Origin: the human T2T-CHM13v2.0 reference genome, Homo sapiens
NCBI RefSeq assembly: GCF_009914755.1
Contig: NC_060940.1
Length of the DNA stretch: 64,000 bases
Strand: one strand, 5' to 3'
Shown: one piece after another, positions 1-12,653 of the stretch
How positions within the stretch are numbered: position 1 is the stretch's first letter
Layout of the letters: the number at the start of each line of letters is the position of its first letter
Notes under the pieces: model-generated
Seen by the model: only the letters and a program-made list of their open reading frames with translations
What the model was told of the DNA's origin: nothing
Database searches by the model: none
Translations under genes and position numbers: made by a program

Positions 1-3000
1 ATTCCATTTGATTCCATGCGACGGTGAGCAATTCGATTCAATTCCATGATGATTCTATTTGATTCAATTAGATGATGTTTCCATTCGAATCCATTCCATG
101 ATTATTCCATTGGAATCCATTCGGCGATGATTCCATATGAGTCAATTCAATGATGATTCCATATGGGTCCGTTCGATGATAATTCCATTTGATTTCATTC
201 GATGCTTCTATTCTATTCCAGTCGATGATGATTCCGTTGGAGTCCATACGATGATTCCATTTGATTTCATTTGATGATGATTCCATTCGATGATGATTAC
301 ATTGGATTCCATTCTATGATTCCATTCAATTCCATTCGTTGATGATTCGATTCCATTCAATGATGATTCCATTTGAGTTCATTCGATGATTCTATTCGAT
401 TCCGTTCGATGGTGATTCAATTCTCTTATATTGGATGATTCCACTCGATTCCATTTGATGATTATTCCATTGGAGTCCACTTAGTGAATCCTTTAGATTC
501 TACTCGAAGATGATTCCATTCGAGTCCATTCGATGGTACCATTCAATTCCATTCGTTGATGCTTCCATTCAAGTGCATTCGATGATATCATTCGATTCCA
601 TTTGATGATAATTCCATTTGATTCCATGCGATGATTCTATTCGATTCCATTCAATGATAATTCCATTCAATTCAGTGATTCCTCTGGACTCCATTTGATG
701 ATGATTCCATTCAATGATTCCATTCGATTCTATTCGAAAATGATTCCATTTGAATCCATTTGATGATGATTCCATTAGATTCCATTTGATGATTCTATTC
801 GATTCCATTCGACGATGATTCCATTCGATTCCATTTGATGATTCCATTCTATTCTATTCGATGATGATTCCATTCGATTCCATTCGATGATGATTGGATT
901 CGATTCCATTTGATGATTTCATTTGATTCCATTCGATAATGATTTTGATCAATTCCATTCGATGATTCCATTCGATTCCATTCGATAATGATTACATCCG
1001 AGTCCATTCGATGATTCCATTTGAGCCCGTTCGATAATTCCATTTGAGTCCAATCAATGATTGCATTCATTTCCATTCAATGATTCCATTCGAGTCCATT
1101 TGATCATTCCGGTAGGGTCCGTTCGATGTTGATTCCATTGGAGTGCATTCGATGATTCCATTCGAGTCCAATTTATGATTTGGTTCGAGTCCTTTCGATG
1201 ATTCCATTCGATTCCACTCGATGATGATTTCATTCGAGTCCATTCGACACTTCCAATCGATTCCATTTGATGTTTCCTTTCGAGTCCAATTGATGATTCC
1301 ATTCAATTCCATTCGATGATGATTCCGTACGATTCCACTCTGTGATGATTCCAAGTGATTGCATTCAATGATGATTCCTTTCGATTGCATTCGATTATGA
1401 TTCATTTCGTGTTCATTCTATGGTTCCACAGGTTTCCATTCGTGTCCATTCCATTATTCCATTCTATTCCATTTGATGATGATTCCATTCGATTCCATTC
1501 ATTGGTGATTCCACTCAATTCCATTCAATGATTCCATTCCATTTCTTTCAACAATGATTCCATTAGTTTCTAATCGATGATCCACTTGATTCCATTTGAC
1601 GACGATTCCATTCTTGTCCATTCGATGATTCCATTTGATTCCATATGATGATGATTCCATTCGATTCCATACCATGATGATTCCATTCGAGTCCATTCAA
1701 TGGTGATTCCATTCAATTCCATTCGATGATTCCTTTCGATTCCATTCAATGATGATGGCATTCGATTCCTTTCAATCATTCCCTTTGATTCCATTCAAAG
1801 GTGATTTCATTCAAGTCCATTCGATAATTGCATTCGATTCCATTCTATGATGATTCCATTCGAGTCCATTTGATGATTCCATTCAATTCAAGTCAATGAT
1901 GATTCCATTCAATTCTATTCGATGATTCCATTGGATTCCATTCGATGATGATTCCATTCAAATCCATTCGATAATTCAATTCAAGTCCATTCGATGATGA
2001 TTCCAATCGAATCCATTCAAAGATTCCATTCTGTTCCATTCGATGATTCCCTTAGATTCCATTCGATGATTCCACTTGATTGCATTTACGATGATTCCAT
2101 TCGATTCCATGTGATGATTCCATTCAATTCTATTCAATGATGTCTCCATTTGATTCCATTCGACCATGATTGCCTTTGATTCCATTCAATGATTCCATTC
2201 GGTTCCGTTTGATGATGATTCCGTTCGATTCCATTTGATGATTCCATTTGATTCCATTGGATGAGTCCATTCGATTACATTCGATGATTATTCCATTCGA
2301 GTGCATTAGATGATTCCATTCGAGTCCATTCGATGATTCCATTCGATTCCATTCGATGTTGATTCTGTTCAAATCCATTCGATGATTCCACTCGATTCCA
2401 TTCGTTGACTCCATTTGATCCCATTTGATGATTTCCTTTGATTCCCTTTGATGATCATTCCATTTGATTCAATTCGGTGATTTCATTTGATTCCATTCAG
2501 TGATGTTTCCATTCGACTCCATTCGATGATGATTCCATTCGACTCCATTCGATTATGATTTCATTCAATTCCATTCGATAATGATTCCCTTCGAGTCCAT
2601 TCGATGATTCCATTCGATTCCATTCAACGATGATTTGATTCGTGTCCATTCGATGATTCCATTTGATTCCACTTGACGATGATTCCATTCGAGTCCATTT
2701 GATGATTCCATTCAATTCCATACTCCGATGATTTCTTTTGAGCCCACTCAATGCTTCCACTCGATTCCATATGATGATGACTCCATTCGATGAAATTCGA
2801 TGATGATTCCATTCGCTTGCTTTCGATGATGATTCCACTTGAGTCCGTTAGAAGATTCTATTCAATTACATTCCATGACGATTCCGTTCGAGTCCATTTG
2901 ATGATTCCATTAGACTCCATTCGACGATGATTCCATTCGATGTTATTCCATGATTCCATTCGATCTCATTCGATGATGATTCCATTCAACTCCATTCGAT

Positions 3001-6000
3001 GTTTCCATTCGAGTTCATTCTATTATTCCATTAGATTCCATTCGATGATGATTCCATTCGATTCCATTTGATGATTGCATTCTATTTCATTTGATGATGA
3101 TTCCATTCGAGTCCACTCGATGATTCCATTCGAGTCCATTTAATGAATCCATTGGTTTCAATTCTATGATGATTACATTGGATTACATTCGTTGATGATT
3201 TCATTCGGTTCCATTCAATGATGATTCCATTCAATTCCTTTCAATGTTTCCATTCAATTCCATACGATGATGATTCCATTTGATTTGATTCGACAGTGAG
3301 CCATTCGATTCAATTCCATGATGATTCTATTTGATTCAATTGGTTGACATTTCCATTCGATTCCATTCGATGATGATTCCCTTTGATTCCGTTCAAAGAT
3401 GATTCCATTCTAGCCCATTCAATCATTCCATTCGATTCTATTCAATGATGATTCCATTCATGTCGATTTGGTGATTCCATTTGACTTCATTTGATGATGA
3501 TTCCTTTCAAGTTCATTAGATGATTCCATTCGATTCCATTTGATGATGATCCCATTCGAGTCCATTCAGTGATTCCATTCGTTTCCATTCCATGATGATT
3601 CCATTCCTTTCCATTCAATGATTCCATTCGATTCCGTTTGATGATGATTTCATTCGAGTCCATTTGATGATTCCATTTGATTCCATTCGATGATGATTCC
3701 ATTCGAGTCCATTCGATGATTCTATTCGAATCCATTTGATGATTTCTTTTGATTATTTTTGGTGATGATTCCATTGGAGTCCATTCAATGATTCCATTCT
3801 ATTCCAATCGATGATGATTCCATTAGAGTCCATTTAATGATTCCATTGGATTCCAGTCTCTGATGATTACATTCGAGTCCATACGATGATTCCACTCAAT
3901 TCCATATGATGATGATTCCATTTGATTCCATTCGGTGATTCCATTCTATTCTATTCAATGGTGATTCCATTCGAGTACATTAGATGATTCCATTCGATTC
4001 CATTCAATGATGATTCTATTTGTGTCCCTTAGATGATTCCACATGATTCCATTACATGATGATACTATTTGAGCCCATCCAATGATTCCCTTCGATTCCA
4101 TTCGATGAGGATTCCATTCGATTCAATTCATTGGTGATTCTATTCAATTCAATTCTTTGATTCCATTCCATTCCATTCGACAATGATTCCATTCGATTTC
4201 TTTCGATGATTCCACTCGATTCCACTTGACATTGATTCCATTCGATTCCATTCAATGATTCCATTTGATTCCAGTGGATGATGATTGCCATCGATTCCAT
4301 TCGATCACTCCATTCTATTCCATTTGATGATGATTACATTCGATTCCATTTGATGATTCCATCTGATTCTATTCGAGGATTCCATTTGATTCCATTCGAT
4401 GATGATTCCATTCGAGTCCATTTGATGATTTCATTCGAGTACATCCAATGATTCCATTCGAGTCCATTAGATGATTCCATTTGATTCCATTTGAAAATGA
4501 TTCTACTAGAGTCCATTCAATGACTCCATTCGAGTCCATTCAACAATTCCATTCGACTCCATTCGATGATTCCATTCGATTCCATTTGATGGTTCCATTC
4601 GAGTCCATTTAATCATTACAGTCGAGTCCATTTGGTGATTCCAATGGATTTCTTTTGATAATGATACCATTCCATTACATTTGATGATGATCCCATTCAA
4701 TTTCATTTGATGATGATTCCATTAGAGTCCATTCGATGATTTCATTCGAGTCCCTTCATTGATTCCATCCGATTTCATTGGATGATGACTCCATTCGAGT
4801 CCATTCGATGATTCCACTCGATTCCATTAGATGACTCCATTGGAGTCCATTTGATTGTTCCATTCGATTCCATTCGATTCCTTTCGAAGATTATTCCATT
4901 TGAGTCCATTCGATGATGATTCCATTCCATTCCATTCGATGATTCCGTTTGATTCCATTCGATGATTCCCTTCGATTCCTTTCTTTGATGATTCCATTCC
5001 ATTCCATTCAATGATTCCATTCAAATCTATTCCATGATGATTCCTTTCGATTCCATTCGCTGATGTTTCCGTTCAATTCCATTCGATGATGATTCCATTC
5101 GATTCCATTCATTGAGGATTCCATTTGATTCCATTCAATGATGATTCCATTCTATTCCATTCAATGATTGCATTCAATTCCATTCAATGATTATCCCATT
5201 AGAGTAAACTCAACGATTCCATTCAATACCATTCAATGATGATTCCTTTTGAGTCCATTCAATGATTTCATTCAAGTCCATTTGATGATTCCTTTCAATT
5301 CCATTCTATGATGATTCCATTCGAGTCCATTCGATGATTCCATTCGATTGCATTCGATGATTCCATTATATTCCATTCAACGGTGATTCCATTCGAGTCC
5401 ATTCCATGATTCCATTAGAGTACATTTAATGATTGCTTTGTTTTCAATTCGAAGATGATTACATTGGATTCCATTCTATGATACCATTCGATTCCATTCA
5501 ATGATGATTCCACTCAAATCCATTGGATGATTCCATTCGTGTCCATTCGGTGATTTCATTAGATTCCATTCGAGGATGATTCCATTCGATTCCATTCGAT
5601 GATTCCATTCAATTCCATTCGATGATGATTCCATTCCAGTCCATATGATCATTCCATTTGATTTCATTCGATGATGATTCCATTCGATTCCTTTCGACGA
5701 TTCCATTCTATTCCATTCGATGATGATTCCATTCGAGTCCATTCGATGATTCCATTCGAGTCCATTTAATGATTCCATTGGGTTCAATTCAATGATGATT
5801 ACATTGGATTCCGTTCTATGATTCCATTCAATTCCGTTCATTGACAATTTGATTCCATTCGATGATGATTCCATTTGAGTTCATTCGATGATTCTATTCG
5901 ATTCTCTTCGATGGTGATTCAATTCTATTATATTGGATGATTCCATTCGATTCCATTTGATGTTGATTCAATTCGATTCTATTCGATGATGATTCCATTG

Positions 6001-6112
6001 GATTTCACTTGATGATTCTATTCGATTCCATTCAATGATGATTCACTTCTCGTCCATTGGATGATTCCATTTCATTCCATTCGATGATGATTCCATTCGA
6101 TTCCATTCGATG
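1..6112 (+). repeat. HOR unit 1 (6112 bp; phase set arbitrarily at window start)
   Basis: Landmark GCGACGGTGAGCAATT at 18 and 6130; the ORF track repeats with offset 6112 (68/6180, 1499/7611, 5476/11588). Confidence 0.93.
60..70 (-). promoter_or_regulatory. Candidate DUX4/double-homeobox-like motif TAATTGAATCA (+ strand TGATTCAATTA), one per HOR unit
   Basis: Sequence match to the relaxed TAAYBBAATCA consensus; conserved at 60, 6172, 12713, 19254, 25343, 31432, 37544, 47528, 53738 and 59876. Binding is not shown by the sequence alone. Confidence 0.35.
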
Positions 6113-9100
6113 ATTCCATTTGATTCCATGCGACGGTGAGCAATTCGATTCAATTCCATGATGATTCTATTTGATTCAATTAGATGATGTTTCCATTCGA
6201 ATCCATTCCATGATTATTCCATTGGAATCCATTCGGCGATGATTCCATATGAGTCAATTCAATCATGATTCCATATGGGTCCGTTCGATGATAATTCCAT
6301 TTGATTTCATTCGATGCTTCTATTCTATTCCAGTCGATGATGATTCCGTTGGAGTCCATACGATGATTCCATTTGATTTCATTTGATGATGATTCCATTC
6401 GATGATGATTACATTGGATTCCATTCTATGATTCCATTCAATTCCATTCGTTGATGATTCGATTCCATTCAATGATGATTCCATTTGAGTTCATTCGATG
6501 ATTCTATTCGATTCCGTTCGATGGTGATTCAATTCTATTATATTGGATGATTCCACTCGATTCCATTTGATGATTATTCCATTGGAGTCCACTTAGTGAA
6601 TCCTTTAGATTCTACTCGACGATGATTCCATTCGAGTCCATTCGATGATACCATTCAATTCCATTCGTTGATGCTTCCATTCAAGTGCATTCGATGATAT
6701 CATTCGATTCCATTTGATGATAATTCCATTTGATTCCATGCGATGATTCTATTCGATTCCATTCAATGATAATTCCATTCAATTCAGTGATTCCTCTGGA
6801 CTCCATTTGATGATGATTCCATTCAATGATTCCATTCGATTCTATTCGAAAATGATTCCATTTGAATCCATTTGATGATGATTCCATTAGATTCCATTTG
6901 ATGATTCCATTCGATTCCATTCAACGATGATTCCATTCGATTCCGTTTGATGATTCCATTCTATTCTATTCGATGATGATTCCATTCGATTCCATTCGAT
7001 GATGATTGGATTCGATTCCATTGGATGATTTCATTTGATTCCATTCGTTAATGATTTCGATCAATTCCATTCGATGATTCCATTTGATTCCATTCGATAA
7101 TGATTACATCCGAGTCCATTCGATGATTCCCTTTGAGCCTGTTCGATAATTCCATTTGAGTCCAACCAATGATTCCATTCATTTCCATTCAATGATTCCA
7201 TTCGAGTTCATTTGATCATTCCGGTAGGGTCCATTCGATGTTGATTCCATTGGAGTGCATTCGATGATTCCATTCGAGTCCATTTTAGGATTTGATTCGA
7301 GTCCTTTCGATGATTCCATTCGATTCCACTCGATGATGATTTCATTCGAGTCCATTCGACACTTCCAATCGATTCCATTTGATGATTCCATTCGAGTCCA
7401 ATTGATGATTCCATTCAATTCCTTTCGATGATGATTCCGTACGATTCCATTCTGTGATGATTCCATGTGATTGCATTCAATGATGATTCCTTTCGATTGC
7501 ATTCGATTATGATTCATTTCGTGTTCATTCTATGGTTCCACAGGTTTCCATTCGTGTCCATTCCATTATTCCATTCTATTCCATTTGATGATGATTCCAT
7601 TCGATTCCATTCATTGGTGATTCCACTCAATTCCATTCAATGATTCCATTCCATTTCTTTCAACAATGATTCCATTAGTTTCTAATCGATGATCCACTTG
7701 ATTCCATTTGACGACGATTCCATTCTTGTCCATTCGATGATTCCATTTGATTCCATATGATGATGATTCCATTCGATTCCATACCATGATGATTCCATTC
7801 GAGTCCATTCAATGGTGATTCCATTCAATTCCATTCGATGATTCCTTTTGATTCCATTCAATGATGATGGCATTCGATTCCTTTCAATCATTCCCTTTGA
7901 TTCCATTCAAAGGTGATTTCATTCAAGTCCATTCGATAATTGCATTCGATTCCATTCTATGATGATTCCATTCGAGTCCATTTGATGATTCCATTCAATT
8001 CAAGTCAATGATGATTCCATTCGATTCCATTCGATGATTCCATTGGATTCCATTCGATGATGATTCCATTCAAATCCATTCGATAATTCAATTCAAGTCC
8101 ATTCGATGATGATTCCAATCGAATCCATTCAAAGATTCCATTCAGTTCCATTCGATGATTCCCTTAGATTCCATTCGATGATTCCACTTGATTGCATTTA
8201 CGATGATTCCATTCGATTCCATGTGATGATTCCATTCAATTCTATTCAATGATGTCTCCATTTGATTCCATTCGACCATGATTGCCTTTGATTCCATTCA
8301 ATGATTCCATTCGGTTCCGTTTGATGATGATTCCGTTCGATTCCATTTGATGATTCCATTTGATTCCATTGGATGAGTCCATTCGATTACATTCGATGAT
8401 TATTCCATTCGAGTGCATTAGATGATTCCATTCGAGTCCATTCGATGATTCCATTCGATTCCATTCGATGTTGATTCTGTTCAAATCCATTCGATGATTC
8501 CACTCGATTCCATTCGTTGACTCCATTTGATCCCATTCGATGATTTCCTTTGATTCCCTTTGATGATCATTCCATTTGATTCAATTCGGTGATTTCATTT
8601 GATTCCATTCAGTGATGTTTCCATTCGACTCCATTCGATGATGATTCCATTCGACTCCATTCGATTATGATTTCATTCAATTCCATTCGATAATGATTCC
8701 CTTCGAGTCCATTCGATGATTCCATTCGATTCCATTCAACGATGATTTGATTCGTGTCCATTCGATGATTCCATTTGATTCCACTTGATGATGATTCCAT
8801 TCGAGTCCATTTGATGATTCCATTCAATTCCATACTCCGATGATTTCTTTTGAGCCCACTCAATGCTTCCACTCGATTCCATATGATGATGACTCCATTC
8901 GATGAAATTCGATGATGATTCCATTCGCTTGCTTTCGATGATGATTCCACTTGAGTCCGTTAGAAGATTCTATTCAATTACATTCCATGACGATTCCGTT
9001 CGAGTCCATTTCATGATTCCATTAGACTCCATTCGACGATGATTCCATTCGATGTTATTCGATGATTCCATTCGATCTCATTCGATGATGATTCCATTCA

Positions 9101-12100
9101 ACTCCATTCGATGTTTCCATTCGAGTTCATTCTATTATTCCATTAGATTCCATTCGATGATGATTCCATTCGATTCCATTTGATGATTGCATTCTATTTC
9201 ATTTGATGATGATTCCATTCGAGTCCACTCGATGATTCCATTCGAGTCCATTTAATGAATCCATTGGTTTCAATTCTATGATGATTACATTGGATTCCAT
9301 TCGTTGATGATTTCATTCGGTTCCATTCAATGATGATTCCATTCAATTCCTTTCAATGTTTCCATTCAATTCCATACGATGATGATTCCATTTGATTTGA
9401 TTCGACAGTGAGCCATTCGATTCAATTCCATGATGATTCTATTTGATTCAATTGGTTGACATTTCCATTCGATTCCATTCGATGATGATTCCCTTTGATT
9501 CCGTTCCAAGATGATTCCATTCTAGCCCATTCAATCATTCCATTCGATTCTATTCAATGATGATTCCATTCATGTCGATTTGGTGATTCCATTTGACTTC
9601 ATTTGATGATGATTCCTTTCAAGTTCATTAGATGATTCCATTCGATTCCATTTGATGATGATCCCATTCGAGTCCATTCAGTGATTCCATTCGTTTCCAT
9701 TCCATGATGATTCCATTCCTTTCCATTCAATGATTCCATTCGATTCCGTTTGATGATGATTTCATTCGAGTCCATTTGATGATTCCATTTGATTCCATTC
9801 GATGATGATTGCATTCGAGTCCATTCGATGATTCTATTCGAATCCATTTGATGATTTCTTTTGATTATATTTGGTGATGATTCCATTGGAGTCCATTCAA
9901 TGATTCCATTCTATTCCAATCGATGATGATTCCATTAGAGTCCATTTAATGATTCCATTTGATTCCAGTCTCTGATGATTACATTCGAGTCCATACGATG
10001 ATTCCACTCAATTCCATATGATGATGATTCCATTTGATTCCATTCGGTGATTCCATTCTATTCTATTCAATGGTGATTCCATTCGAGTACATTAGATGAT
10101 TCCATTCGATTCCATTCAATGATGATTCTATTTGTGTCCCTTAGATGATTCCACATGATTCCATTACATGATGATACTATTTGAGCCCATCCAATGATTC
10201 CCTTCGATTCCATTCGATGAGGATTCCATTCGATTCAATTCATTGGTGATTCTATTCAATTCAATTCTTTGATTCCATTCCATTCCATTCGACAATGATT
10301 CCATTCGATTTCTTTCGATGATTCCACTCGATTCCACTTGACATTGATTCCATTCGATTCCATTCAATGATTCCATTTGATTCCAGTGGATGATGATTGC
10401 CATCGATTCCATTCGATCACTCCATTCTATTCCATTTGATGATGATTACATTCGATTCCATTTGATGATTCCATCTGATTCTATTCGAGGATTCCATTTG
10501 ATTCCATTCGATGATGATTCCATTCGAGTCCATTTGATGATTTCATTCGAGTACATCCAATGATTCCATTCGAGTCCATTAGATGATTCCATTTGATTCC
10601 ATTTGAAAATGATTCTACTAGAGTCCATTCAATGACTCCATTCGAGTCCATTCAACAATTCCATTCGACTCCATTCGATGATTCCATTCGATTCCATTTG
10701 ATGGTACCATTCGAGTCCATTTAATCATTACAGTCGAGTCCATTTGGTGATTCCACTGGATTTCTTTTGATAATGATACCGTTCAATTACATTTGATGAT
10801 GATCCCATTCAACTTCATTTGATGATGATTCCATTAGAGTCCATTCGATGATTTCATTCGAGTCCCTTCATTGATTCCATCCGATTTCATTGCATGATGA
10901 CTCCATTCGAGTCCATTCGATGATTCCACTCGATTCCATTAGATGACTCCATTGGAGTCCATTTGATTGTTCCATTCGATTCCATTCGATTCCTTTCGAA
11001 GATTATTCCATTTGAGTCCATTCGATGATGATTCCATTCCATTCCATTCGATGATTCCGTTTGATTCCATTCGATGATTCCCTTCGATTCCTTTCTTTGA
11101 TGATTCCATTCCATTCCATTCAATGATTCCATTCGAATCTATTCCATGATGATTCCTTTCGATTCCATTCGCTGATGTTTCCGTTCAATTCCATTCGATG
11201 ATGATTCCATTCGATTCCATTCATTGAGGATTCCATTTGATTCCATTCAATGATGATTCCATTCTATTCCATTCAATGATTGCATTCAATTCCATTCAAT
11301 GATTATCCCATTAGAGTAAACTCAACGATTCCATTCAATACCATTCGATGATGATTCCTTTTGAGTCCATTCAATGATTTCATTCAAGTCCATTTGATGA
11401 TTCCTTTCAATTCCATTCTATGATGATTCCATTCGAGTCCATTCGATGATTCCATTCGATTGCATTCGATGATTCCATTATATTCCATTCAACGGTGATT
11501 CCATTCGAGTCCATTCCATGATTCCATTAGAGTACATTTAATGATTGCTTTGTTTTCAATTCGAAGATGATTACATTGGATTCCATTCTATGATACCATT
11601 CGATTCCATTCAATGATGATTCCACTCAAATCCATTGGATGATTCCATTCGTGTCCATTCGGTGATTTCATTAGATTCCATTCGAGGATGATTCCATTCG
11701 ATTCCATTCGATGATTCCATTCAATTCCATTCGATGATGATTCCATTCCAGTCCATATGATCATTCCATTTGATTTCATTCGATGATGATTCCATTCGAT
11801 TCCTTTCGACGATTCCATTCTATTCCATTCGATGATGATTCCATTCGAGTCCATTCGATGATTCCATTCGAGTCCATTTAATGATTCCATTGGGTTCAAT
11901 TCAATTATGATTACATTGGATTCCGTTCTATGATTCCATTCAATTCCGTTCATTGACAATTTGATTCCATTCGATGATGATTCCATTTGAGTTCATTCGA
12001 TGATTCTATTCGATTCTCTTCGATGGTGATTCAATTCTATTATATTGGATGATTCCACTCGATTCCATTTGATGATTATTCCATTGGAGTCCACTTAGTG

Positions 12101-12653
12101 AATCCTTTAGATTCTACTCGACGATGATTCCATTCGAGTCCATTCGATGATACCATTCAATTCCATTCGTTGATGCTTCCATTCAAGTGCATTCGATGAT
12201 ATCATTCGATTCCATTTGATGATAATTCCATTTGATTCCATGCGATGATTCTATTCGATTCCATTCAATGATAATTCCATTCAATTCAGTGATTCCTCTG
12301 GACTCCATTTGATGATGATTCCATTCAATGATTCCATTCGATTCTATTCGAAAATGATTCCATTTGAACCCATTTGATGATGATTCCATTAGATTCCATT
12401 TGATGATTCCATTCGATTCCATTCGACGATGATTCCATTCGATTCCGTTTGATGATTCCATTCTATTCTATTCGACGATGATTCCATTCGATTCCATTTG
12501 ATGTTGATTCAATTCGATTCTATTCGATGATGATTCCATTGGATTTCACTTGATGATTCTATTCGATTCCATTCAATGATGATTCACTTCTCGTCCATTG
12601 GATGATTCCATTTCATTCCATTCGATGATGATTCCATTCGATTCCATTCGATG
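6113..12653 (+). repeat. HOR unit 2 (6541 bp = 6112 + 429-bp out-of-order insertion)
   Basis: Landmarks at 6130 and 12671; extra copy of unit positions ~445-873 at ~12058-12486. Confidence 0.9.

Noticed and set aside
5921-5936. AATTCTATTATATTGG as a TATA-like promoter
   Set aside because: It is not a TATAWAW match, is variable between units (CTCTTATA) and has no supporting promoter context.
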